IMG/VR virus record: IMGVR_UViG_3300031576_000004
Span: 64,001 to 128,000 of that record
DNA: 64,000 bases
Reading direction: 5' to 3' (one strand)
DNA from: a virus
The translations under genes were made by a program, and so were the position numbers. How positions within the stretch are numbered: position 1 is the stretch's first letter; the number at the start of each line of letters is the position of its first letter. The notes under the pieces were generated by a model. That model ran no database searches, was not told the DNA's origin, and saw nothing but the letters and a program-made list of their open reading frames with translations. Below, piece by piece: positions 47,441 through 56,309 of this stretch.

Positions 47441-48340
47441 CTAAGCAATACGATCCATGATCAGGTTGTCGATGTAGCTCCTCCCAGCCCCAGAAGTTCC
47501 GCTTGGGTAACGCGTGCGAGAGACATACTCCCAGATCGTTCTTGGGCTCAGTGCTCCCATGACAGTTTCCTTCAGAACGCCATCAACCCAGAGAGCGTAT
47601 GTTCCAGTCATGAGATCACAATCCATATACGCTGTGTGATGCGCGCCAGCAGACATAGTATATAACGCGGAAGGCGTCCCATCCGGCGTAGTTAGATACA
47701 CTCCACGGCCTACTGGAGCAGTCGGCGCGAAACCAACAGGGTAATCATGGAATGTAAGACGCATAGCACCATCCCTATCTCCAACTTCAAGTTCATTTCC
47801 GCTCTCGCTTCCAAGAGCTGGCCAGAAAACACTGTAGCCAATCCTCAGGCGCTTGAATGGCGAAGGTGTCGGAACAAAGGTGCACATCCAGCCATTGCCA
47901 TCATCCGGAGCAGAGACACAGAACTGTTCCAAGCACTTCGTTCCGGTAGCCGGATGATCTAAAGAAACCGTGTTAGAAATCGAAGCTGGGCCACCCTGAG
48001 GGCTAACTACTAGTCCCTGAGTAAGGCCCCAATCGTAAACCTCTTGAGCTAAAGGCGCGCCTTCGAAACCAGTATCTGCGAATAGGGGTACCGGCATGAA
48101 CGAGGCCGATGCAGTAGCCACACCAGGATTGGCATTAATCGCAGCGGCAGCAACATCCAGATTCCCCTGTGATACGCCGAACGGAAGATTGACCTTCACC
48201 TCCACAACCTTGCCATTCACGTCACGAATGACTTCGGCGGCAAAGTTAGGATGCGCTGCGGCGGCCGCGGCCCGCACCTCATTGAGTGTCTTCTCGCTAG
48301 ACTGAGAATACGGATCAATCGGGACGTTAATAGATGGCAT
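47441..48340 (-). CDS. putative virion protein with beta-sandwich C-domain
   Basis: N-module as above; C-terminal LWVDG...YIDNL. Confidence 0.7.
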   Translation of the reverse strand: MPSINVPIDPYSQSSEKTLNEVRAAAAAAHPNFAAEVIRDVNGKVVEVKVNLPFGVSQGNLDVAAAAINANPGVATASASFMPVPLFADTGFEGAPLAQEVYDWGLTQGLVVSPQGGPASISNTVSLDHPATGTKCLEQFCVSAPDDGNGWMCTFVPTPSPFKRLRIGYSVFWPALGSESGNELEVGDRDGAMRLTFHDYPVGFAPTAPVGRGVYLTTPDGTPSALYTMSAGAHHTAYMDCDLMTGTYALWVDGVLKETVMGALSPRTIWEYVSRTRYPSGTSGAGRSYIDNLIMDRIA

Positions 48341-48355
48341 TCTTTTTCTCCTTTT

Positions 48356-48730
48356 CTACTTTGCTAAGTTGTAATTAACTACTAGCGTATTACCGAGCTG
48401 ATTCGTAAGGATTGTAATGACTTTGCCGCCGGAAACAAAAGAGTAATCCGTGTTCAATGTTAATAGTGCTGTGGCGGCTGGAGCGCCGGTCGCAGTAACG
48501 AAAGCCATTATAGAGTTGATTGACGCCGCATTTGTCTGAAGAGTAAGCGTCCCGCTGACATTGACTCCGGCGAATGTCTCTTGGCAATCTATTAGTAGCG
48601 TCTTCCGATAAGATCTGACGGCAACTGTTTCGACATCTTCTACTACGGCAGCCATTTCATGTCTTCCGACTTTATCGTCAACATCTCTAAGAGCTCCCTT
48701 GTTGTCGAAGTAATATGCTTTGTCTTTCAT
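48356..48730 (-). CDS. putative structural protein
   Basis: beta-rich ORF in the late operon. Confidence 0.6.
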   Translation of the reverse strand: MKDKAYYFDNKGALRDVDDKVGRHEMAAVVEDVETVAVRSYRKTLLIDCQETFAGVNVSGTLTLQTNAASINSIMAFVTATGAPAATALLTLNTDYSFVSGGKVITILTNQLGNTLVVNYNLAK

Positions 48731-48750
48731 TTGCCTATATCTCCGTTAAA

Positions 48751-49335
48751 TTAAACAAAGTTTATTTGAGCCGTGTCAACAACAGCAAGGCCAGATGGCG
48801 TCGGGGCGCTAAGTGTTAATGTCACCATCTGCACGACCGAGTCTTTGACTTGAACCGTTGCCTCGCCATTGGTGAATGTTACTGGCTGAGAAGTCACAAT
48901 CACTGCGCTTCCGCTAACAGAGACAGTTACCATGCTTGTATTGTTAAATGGATTTGTCACTCCAAATCCATTCGCAACCCTAACAACGACCGGCGTCAGC
49001 GTGGACCCGTCTGCTGTCCCAGAGAACGGGGAGCCATTCTCGAATAGGACTTGCGCGTCAGTTGATACAATGTAATTCAGAAGCTCGTTAAACTCGGCCT
49101 GTGTTACAGGAGAGTCTGAGTCTTGAGAGAAGCTTATGATCTGGAGTTTGCCAGCTGTAACGAGACGTTGAATTTCTTCGCTGGATGCATATGTATCCGG
49201 AATTGTTCCGGTGTCTCCCGCAGTCCCAAATGGATTTAATTTTCTCTGAACATCCGGAGTTCCAAGCGGAGCCCCAGCTGCACGTCGTTCGATAAGAACG
49301 ATCTTTCCTGCTGTTAAGTTTTTTACTGTTGCCAT
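48751..49335 (-). CDS. putative decoration protein with Ig-like C-terminus
   Basis: N-terminus paralogous to 49345-49839; ADG...VTFTNGEATV. Confidence 0.65.
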   Translation of the reverse strand: MATVKNLTAGKIVLIERRAAGAPLGTPDVQRKLNPFGTAGDTGTIPDTYASSEEIQRLVTAGKLQIISFSQDSDSPVTQAEFNELLNYIVSTDAQVLFENGSPFSGTADGSTLTPVVVRVANGFGVTNPFNNTSMVTVSVSGSAVIVTSQPVTFTNGEATVQVKDSVVQMVTLTLSAPTPSGLAVVDTAQINFV

Positions 49336-49344
49336 TTTTACTCC

Positions 49345-49839
49345 TTAGGCGATAACGGTATAGCTAAACACTTCAGCGCCAGCCGCCATGCCTGGGGTTG
49401 ACACAGCAAAGCTAACCCCAGGAACTATGCCGCCAATGCCGGCGAACGCTCCAGGAGGAGTCGAAAGAAGAATGGCCGCAGAAGCGTTCTGCGCAAACAG
49501 GAAGATCTTTGATCCTGCAGCGATGTTAGCCGCTGGGACAACAGACACGGGACCTGGTGTAGCCATAAAAGAACCGCGGATAACAGCCCTGTTAAATTCG
49601 TCCTGGCCGAAATCGCTGTCAGCGGCTGTGCTGTAAGAAAGGATTGCTAGCTTGCCTGCGGTTACAAGATTGGTGATCTCTGTTGAGCGGGCGAAGGAGT
49701 CCGGAATCGTTCCAGTATCTCCTGGCGCTCCAAAAGCAGTAAGCCGAACTTCAACATCAGGAGTTCCAACTGGAGATCCTAGCGGCCTACGCTCGATTAA
49801 AGCCAATGTGCCAGTGGTCAGGTTCTGTACGCTTGCCAT
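49345..49839 (-). CDS. putative decoration protein
   Basis: V.NLT.G...IERR...GTPDV...GDTGTIPD. Confidence 0.65.
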   Translation of the reverse strand: MASVQNLTTGTLALIERRPLGSPVGTPDVEVRLTAFGAPGDTGTIPDSFARSTEITNLVTAGKLAILSYSTAADSDFGQDEFNRAVIRGSFMATPGPVSVVPAANIAAGSKIFLFAQNASAAILLSTPPGAFAGIGGIVPGVSFAVSTPGMAAGAEVFSYTVIA

Positions 49840-50120
49840 TTAAATCCTCCCTTAAGAAAGAAGTTTATTTTCTGGCTTTTGCCAGACAACAATATACCGG
49901 ACGCTTCAGTTTGACGCAACACCATTCTCCCTGCTAGGAACATCGTCTTCTATGAAAGCCGTGTCTACATAACGAATAATGACGTTAGCCTCGCCGCGGT
50001 TGGTGTGGAATACCTCTTCTTTAAGTATTTTAATAGATGGGTCGTTTACGAGCTTTTCGTACTCGGCTCTGCCAAGGGATGAATCCAGGGACAGCTTTAT
50101 GATCGACTTTTTCCCAATCA

Positions 50121-53105
50121 TCATGTTGTCGTCTCCAGGAATTCCTTTTGGCCAGAGGTCTCAGCATTATAGATGAGAGTGGGCACCATCGTTAGGGCTA
50201 CCTTCTCGTTCTTCCACCTGGAGACCATTTCAAAATCATGCGCGTAGCCAACTTCAGTGCGATTCTTCCACCATCCATATTTCTCTATTAGACTCTTCTT
50301 ATGAAGCACCTCTGATGTATCCACCTGGAACTTCTCTGGGGCAGTACAGAACCTAGGCTTGCCATCTACAAGCATGGATGATAATGCGTAGCTTGCTCCC
50401 TCAAATTTCATCTTATCGTGTAGGCATGATAAATGGTCCGACATAACCGTGTTATCGTCATCTACATACGCTATTAAGTTGGCTGACGACAACATGATCC
50501 CGTAATTCCTAGGAATAGCCCCGCCTGCTCCATGGTTATTGGGCAGGTTAAATATGCGGGCCTTTTCGCAGGCATAATCCTGTAATTCTGGACAATTGTC
50601 CCCAACAATAATTATCTCTTTGGAGAAATAGTCCTGCTCCAAGACGGACGCCACGGCCTTCCCTAGAAGCAGGTTCTTCACCCTCTTGTGAGTCGGGATA
50701 ATCACAGAGATCTTCGGGCCTAAATAGAACTCCTTGATCCGCGGATCTGATGGATGAGCATAATTAAGGATCGGATATTCCTTCAGGGTCTCCTCGAAGA
50801 GCTCGCTGTCCGTATCGAATTCCCCACCCAGCTCTCGGTATTGCGCTATGGATTTAATGCGCCTTGTTGCGTCGTGAAACCCCAGGTGGTGAGTTATTAA
50901 GGAATTCTTAAGTACTACGACTCTATTCGATCCGATAAGCTTCTCATGCACAGGGAAGACCCACCTGATATCAGGCTTGTTCCTGTGCATGAACGGCTTC
51001 GCAATATGCTCCTTGCCGTTTGTGTCCACAAGCTTCGCCAGGAAGATGTCGTATTCATCCTGATCAACGAGCTCCCAAATATTCTCCAGCGTGGACTTGT
51101 CGAGGCGCTCGTCCGGATCAAACATAATGATCCAATCACAGCTGAGCGCAAACTTGCCAATGGCATGATTTCTGGCTCTTGAAAAAGCTGTAAACTCATA
51201 GTCCTCTATGATGGCAACGCCATTATTTTTAGCCCATTCGACGGTGCCGTCTGTGGAGCCAGAATCCAATATCGATATATCATTAGTAATCCCTTTGAAC
51301 TGTTCAACAAATCCTGGAAGCGCCTCGATCTCATCCTTTGTGATCGCAATGACCTTAATCTTTGGGTGCTTCCTGTGGAATGGAGCCCTGTTCTCCTCTA
51401 GGATTTTGTTAATATCGAGATCGTTGGCTTTGAAGGTGGCGTGTCCCTCATGGTGGATCCACGCCCGCTCAACTATCTTGCAGATATACCCAGCCTTGCG
51501 AACTCGAGCGCAGTAATCTGTGTCTTCAAAGTTAACGAACCTCGTGTCGAATCCTCCGAGCTTCTTGAACATGTCTGTCCTGGTCATCATGCAGACACCC
51601 ACTACAGAATCCACGACAAGGCTTCCATGCCTGAAAGCGTCTTCCTTCTGAACGTATCCCTGAGGGGGACAAGCATAGTTTGAGTACGGGCCAACAACCG
51701 CTGTTGCTTGGGAATCATTTAATCCAATAAGAAGCCTGTCTAGAACTCCAGGCTCTACGACTGTGTCGCTGTTAAGGAAACAGATATATGGCGACGTCAC
51801 TTCCATCGCCGCCCTATTGCACCCAGCGGCATAGCCGATATTCGCCTCTAGGTTGATGACCTTGGTTGCCGGCCCTTCAACCGGAACTTTGGATCCGTTG
51901 TTAAGAAGGATAACTGGCAGCGTCGGGTAGTGCTTCTTAACTGATTCAAGGCACCGCTTCGTGAGCTCCGGGGTATTCCAATCAAGGACAACAATGGAGA
52001 TACATCCTTCCCGATGTCTCCTGTTATTGAATTCCTCAAACTCATGGCGGTAATTGTTGCGGCCAATCTCAAGGTTATCCTGAATCGCCTTATTCTTTGT
52101 AAACGTTGTGTTCTGGAAGGCGTCTAGGAAGCGATAGAGGTATAGACATTTGTCCAGGTGGAAACACTTGGACCTAAGGAAAAAGCGAGCATAGAGGTCC
52201 CAATCGTCTGCGATCGCTAATTGCGGATTGTACCCACCAAGCTCTCTGAATGTCTTAGCTCGGTAAGCTCTGATGTGGTTCGGCCCAACCGTCAGAAACC
52301 AACCGAACTGCTTGTAGTACTCTGGGCCAAATCTGTCATAGATATTCGGATTAACAGCCTCCATATACTTCTTCCCGTTGTACTCAAACTCCCTATACCT
52401 TCCATCCTTAACCCACTCTGGGAAGGTGTGCGGGGAACCGTCCTGGAAGAAGCTGGCGCAGTTCGTATAAACCATCCCAGCTTCTGGATGCGATTTAAAT
52501 GCCGCGGCGACATCATAGACCGCATCACGAGTAAGCATATCGTCATGATCCAACTCGATCAGGTAAACGCCTGTGCATAGGCGTGTGGCCATGTCCTTTA
52601 GTGCGCCAACCTTGCCTATGTGGTTAACCTTGATCGGCCTGACCCTGTGGTCAATTTTAGCGAACTCTAAGAGGCGCTCGTATGTCCCATCGGTAGATCC
52701 ATCGTCAACGACAACCCATTCCCAGTTCGGATACGTTTGATCTCTGAGAGAGTAGTAGGTGTCCAGGATCATGCCGCCAGTGTTAAATGTCGGCGTATAG
52801 ACCGAAACAAGCGGCTGAACATCATCTTCTTTTGGCGCTGTCCAAATATTGTTTATGTAAACGTTCTGGATCGATTGCGCCACAGCTTCTGGAGTGGCTT
52901 TAGGGTCGCTTACATTCATCCACTTTTTCCGCAGATCGTAGCCCGCTGCGTTGAGCTCACCAGGGAAGAATCCAGTGGTAACAATAACATCTGGCCTGAA
53001 CCTGGCTATCGCAGGAAGCAGATCCTTAATGTCTGTTACTGTGCAGGATTCGGCAGGGACATCCCACTGCCGCAAGACAAACAGGACTCTTATTCCACTT
53101 ATCAT
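50121..53105 (-). CDS. multidomain glycosyltransferase with four GT2 (GT-A) domains
   Basis: VSVYTP..DDGSTD..LDHDD; ISIVVL..NNGS..LNSD; IAITKDE..DSGSTD..FDPDE; ISVIIP..GDNC..YVDDD. Confidence 0.9.
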   Translation of the reverse strand: MISGIRVLFVLRQWDVPAESCTVTDIKDLLPAIARFRPDVIVTTGFFPGELNAAGYDLRKKWMNVSDPKATPEAVAQSIQNVYINNIWTAPKEDDVQPLVSVYTPTFNTGGMILDTYYSLRDQTYPNWEWVVVDDGSTDGTYERLLEFAKIDHRVRPIKVNHIGKVGALKDMATRLCTGVYLIELDHDDMLTRDAVYDVAAAFKSHPEAGMVYTNCASFFQDGSPHTFPEWVKDGRYREFEYNGKKYMEAVNPNIYDRFGPEYYKQFGWFLTVGPNHIRAYRAKTFRELGGYNPQLAIADDWDLYARFFLRSKCFHLDKCLYLYRFLDAFQNTTFTKNKAIQDNLEIGRNNYRHEFEEFNNRRHREGCISIVVLDWNTPELTKRCLESVKKHYPTLPVILLNNGSKVPVEGPATKVINLEANIGYAAGCNRAAMEVTSPYICFLNSDTVVEPGVLDRLLIGLNDSQATAVVGPYSNYACPPQGYVQKEDAFRHGSLVVDSVVGVCMMTRTDMFKKLGGFDTRFVNFEDTDYCARVRKAGYICKIVERAWIHHEGHATFKANDLDINKILEENRAPFHRKHPKIKVIAITKDEIEALPGFVEQFKGITNDISILDSGSTDGTVEWAKNNGVAIIEDYEFTAFSRARNHAIGKFALSCDWIIMFDPDERLDKSTLENIWELVDQDEYDIFLAKLVDTNGKEHIAKPFMHRNKPDIRWVFPVHEKLIGSNRVVVLKNSLITHHLGFHDATRRIKSIAQYRELGGEFDTDSELFEETLKEYPILNYAHPSDPRIKEFYLGPKISVIIPTHKRVKNLLLGKAVASVLEQDYFSKEIIIVGDNCPELQDYACEKARIFNLPNNHGAGGAIPRNYGIMLSSANLIAYVDDDNTVMSDHLSCLHDKMKFEGASYALSSMLVDGKPRFCTAPEKFQVDTSEVLHKKSLIEKYGWWKNRTEVGYAHDFEMVSRWKNEKVALTMVPTLIYNAETSGQKEFLETTT

Positions 53106-53150
53106 GCTTACACCATAGCATGATCCTGCCTGCGATGGAAGCCTAAAGTC

Positions 53151-53657
53151 CTACCATTCGGCAGCGACTGAAACTCCTGGCGTAGCCAAGAGAAGATCCT
53201 CTCCCTGCCCTGGAGTCATGGTGTCTCTATCGAATCTCTCAATCCCAGGAATGTGGAGGGCGTTCAAAAGCCTCCAAATCAGCTCTGAACAAACAACCCC
53301 CTTTGATATCGGGTTCTTTTTACAAAGCCTAAAAACAAGAACAAACACAAAACCAACTAGCTGAGCGTAGCCATATGGCTCATCCTCAAACTTAAGAACG
53401 TAGGAGAGTGCTTCCTTCTCAGTCTCTGGATTGCAGTCTATTTTGTATATTATTCCGTTTGTTTTTCTGTTTACTAGAGAGCCAAGTTTAGCCCTATGGA
53501 CTGTAAACCCAGATGCATGGATGATGGGTACATCTGGGTTGTTGTGTGGATCGCCAAGACACACAAATGTGTGGCTATGCTTTGACTTTGTTATCCGTCT
53601 GATAAGCCAAGAAAGCAGATTGTATTTCCTGGCTTCAAATCCCACATATGCCGGCAT
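53151..53657 (-). CDS. permuted NlpC/P60 papain-like enzyme (YiiX/YaeF-like)
   Basis: SHTF...IHA near the N-terminus, CSELI near the C-terminus. Confidence 0.75.
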   Translation of the reverse strand: MPAYVGFEARKYNLLSWLIRRITKSKHSHTFVCLGDPHNNPDVPIIHASGFTVHRAKLGSLVNRKTNGIIYKIDCNPETEKEALSYVLKFEDEPYGYAQLVGFVFVLVFRLCKKNPISKGVVCSELIWRLLNALHIPGIERFDRDTMTPGQGEDLLLATPGVSVAAEW

Positions 53658-53658
53658 G

Positions 53659-54447
53659 TTAGTACAGAACCGCTAGAATTCCCCTTAGGGTTCTAGCTAC
53701 GCCAGACACTGGAGTGGCCGTTACCTTTAGAATCATGCCGGCTGGCAGGTAAGACCCGCCAAAGGCTTCTTCGCCTATTTCATAGATTTCAATGGGCTCA
53801 ATAGTGAGGTCGCCCCTAATGAAGTCCACCTGAACCTTCACCGCGTCGCTGGATGCAAAGGCAGCGACAAGCGGGGTATCAAGCGTCACGACTTTCGTTG
53901 TTGTATTTACTGCTTTCACAAGATGCCTGCTTGTGTTTGCAGCAAACGTCAAAAGATACCCAACATCAATATTCGCAACGCTATTAACGGTTACCGTTGT
54001 GTCGTTCTGAGCGGCTGCAGCTGTCAGCACCCCGACTTGGCCAACCATCACCTTTACAGAGAGCTTATCTCCAGATAGAAGATTATTGGCCACGACCTTT
54101 CCAGAAAGCATTTCAACTGGGAACGGGAACGACACATCTAGCGCAACGGGATCTGTGCTATTGGCAGGAAGATCAATATTTATTGGGTAGGTCCAATAAT
54201 GCCCCTTAACCGTTTCGGCGGTCTTAAGGAGGGTTACTGGAGTCTCCACAAGCGAGTTCGCAGACGGCTTATAGCTTGCCTCGAACTCAACCTGGTCTGC
54301 TCCGCTGTCCTTAAGAATAGACGTCTCGAATGCTCCGCCTACATCTTGATAGGTGATCACATAAAACGAATCTCGGTCGATATAGCGGACCTTTTTAGCG
54401 TTAGATACTCTCGCCTTAAAGTCAGCCCAAGACAGTGATACGATCAT
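53659..54447 (-). CDS. putative structural protein
   Basis: Likely start MIVSLSW; LTAAAAQNDTTVTVNS ubiquitin-activating/FCCH-like fibre motif. Confidence 0.6.
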   Translation of the reverse strand: MIVSLSWADFKARVSNAKKVRYIDRDSFYVITYQDVGGAFETSILKDSGADQVEFEASYKPSANSLVETPVTLLKTAETVKGHYWTYPINIDLPANSTDPVALDVSFPFPVEMLSGKVVANNLLSGDKLSVKVMVGQVGVLTAAAAQNDTTVTVNSVANIDVGYLLTFAANTSRHLVKAVNTTTKVVTLDTPLVAAFASSDAVKVQVDFIRGDLTIEPIEIYEIGEEAFGGSYLPAGMILKVTATPVSGVARTLRGILAVLY

Positions 54448-54457
54448 TTTTTCAACC

Positions 54458-54871
54458 TTAATAAAGTGTGTAGTAGATAATATAGTTCCACAAAGCATTC
54501 GTTCCGGTATTGCTTCTAATTCGAAGCCACAGCTTTTCTACTCCTGTGCTTGCAACGCTAACCGGAGCAAGCCATGTGATGATCCCGCCTAGGTATGTAT
54601 CAACATCTCTCGATTCTCCGCCAGGGACAGAGGTGAACGCCCTAAGCTGCGTATCTGTCGTGTTGCCTGCGCTCTTAGTGGTGAGGTTTGGTCTCAGCTC
54701 AAAAATCAAACTCTTATCTTCTGAAATGAATGTAGAGTACCCAAGCCAAAGATGCTTTCCGCTAGGAATCACTCCGCCTGAGATCTGGGCGGTTACATCA
54801 TGCCATGTTTCGCTAGTGACAGACCCGTTCCCAAGCAGCTGCAACTCAAACAGAGGAATAATTACGGCCAT
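54458..54871 (-). CDS. putative structural protein, paralog of the next ORF
   Basis: IPSGKHLWLG..SEDKS...GVEKLWL. Confidence 0.65.
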   Translation of the reverse strand: MAVIIPLFELQLLGNGSVTSETWHDVTAQISGGVIPSGKHLWLGYSTFISEDKSLIFELRPNLTTKSAGNTTDTQLRAFTSVPGGESRDVDTYLGGIITWLAPVSVASTGVEKLWLRIRSNTGTNALWNYIIYYTLY

Positions 54872-54878
54872 TTTTTAC

Positions 54879-55271
54879 CTACTCGTTAGTATAGTTTATT
54901 GAGTAAAGATAAGAACCAGCAGAGCCCTTGGCTTTTAGATATAGCCACCAATGCTCAACCCCTGTCCCGACAACTGTTGCTATATGTAATCTTCCCTTGC
55001 GATAAAGATCGCGCGTTACCGTCCCACTTCTTGTAGAAACAAAACAGCTATCCAATGACGCCGAAGCGCCAAGTGTCGCAGCGCTTTGCCCAACAAGACT
55101 CGTCCTCAGATTATATGAAATAGACTTGTCTGGAGAGGTATACTGAGCATTCCCAATCCAGATCCTCTGCCCAGTCGGGATAAGCCCGAGATCAACCCAC
55201 AGCTCAGTTGCAACCGTGAGGTCCCCTGGAGGTGGCCCGAGTATATTGCTCGTGAACAGATTAACTGCCAT
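54879..55271 (-). CDS. putative structural protein
   Basis: IPTGQRIWIG..SPDKS...GVEHWWL. Confidence 0.65.
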   Translation of the reverse strand: MAVNLFTSNILGPPPGDLTVATELWVDLGLIPTGQRIWIGNAQYTSPDKSISYNLRTSLVGQSAATLGASASLDSCFVSTRSGTVTRDLYRKGRLHIATVVGTGVEHWWLYLKAKGSAGSYLYSINYTNE

Positions 55272-55685
55272 TTATGCCTCTATCCCAGCATATGAACCCC
55301 AAACGGTTCCTTTAATCAACGATGTTTCTGCGGTGAGCTTGAACACGTCTCCAGCGTCACCAATATAAATCCCATTGCCCATCTCTAGCGGGACTGTTGC
55401 CTGCCCTTGCCCGCCAACAGCGAGCAATATCTTCTGGACAAGATTGAAGGCCCCAGCTCCGCCGGTTTGTTTCTTGAGTCTAATGATTACTGTTGAACCA
55501 GAGTCATAGTTAGCAACAAAGGCTGTAACCGCGAATCTCTTCCCAGCAGCAACGGTGTAGGAAGTGTTCGCGATGTCCATCTCCGTCTTTGCTGATATCA
55601 CAAGCTCATTCTGCCTGAGGATATTTGCGCTTATAACGCCGATGCCTGAGTCAGCCGGCTGACGCGGGATTACTTCAAGGCTCAT
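55272..55685 (-). CDS. putative structural protein
   Basis: YTVAAGK beta-sandwich pattern. Confidence 0.6.
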   Translation of the reverse strand: MSLEVIPRQPADSGIGVISANILRQNELVISAKTEMDIANTSYTVAAGKRFAVTAFVANYDSGSTVIIRLKKQTGGAGAFNLVQKILLAVGGQGQATVPLEMGNGIYIGDAGDVFKLTAETSLIKGTVWGSYAGIEA

Positions 55686-56017
55686 TAGACAACCTCCACG
55701 CCTGACGCGGTCACCACAATCTGGCTTGCTACGCTAGCAAATGATCTAAGCGTTTCTGCTGCGCTTAACACTATCGATCCCGTCAGGCTCACAACACCAT
55801 TGGCCGGAACCAACGTGCCGGAAAATATCCTTGTTCCAGCTGCATCAGCGCCAATCGATATCGTTATCGTCCTTGCGACGTTTTCGTTATTCGTAACGAT
55901 TATGTGTCTGACGATTGTAGTTGCTGAGGCCGGCACTGTATAGAGCGTCTGGGCGGTCCCAGATGTTGTCGCCGTTATTAGCGCTGGCCCAGCTAGGCGT
56001 TTGGCTGTATCGGCCAT
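55685..56017 (-). CDS. putative structural protein
   Basis: TLYTVPASATTIVRHIIVTN pattern typical of small virion proteins. Confidence 0.65.
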   Translation of the reverse strand: MADTAKRLAGPALITATTSGTAQTLYTVPASATTIVRHIIVTNNENVARTITISIGADAAGTRIFSGTLVPANGVVSLTGSIVLSAAETLRSFASVASQIVVTASGVEVV

Positions 56018-56302
56018 TTAACTTTCTCCCCACTTCCAAATTGAGACAAATCTGTCAGCCACTTGCAGGCCAGATATTAAACCAGGAGGAATATCATTTA
56101 CTCCATCGTTAAGCTTCAACGTAGACACCCCAGGACTAACGGCATTATCAGTGCAATAAGCTATTAAATCTGAAGATCCAGCAATTTCCTCTGGTTCAAG
56201 AAAACCTGATAGCGTCTCGCTCCCAGATCCAGGAATGATTATACCAAGATCCCTGATGAGAACGTTAGATGCTGTGTTGTTAAAGCAAATAATCGTTGCC
56301 AC
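56018..56302 (-). CDS. hypothetical structural protein
   Basis: Coupled ORF in the late operon. Confidence 0.55.
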   Translation of the reverse strand: MATIICFNNTASNVLIRDLGIIIPGSGSETLSGFLEPEEIAGSSDLIAYCTDNAVSPGVSTLKLNDGVNDIPPGLISGLQVADRFVSIWKWGES

Positions 56303-56309
56303 AATTCAC

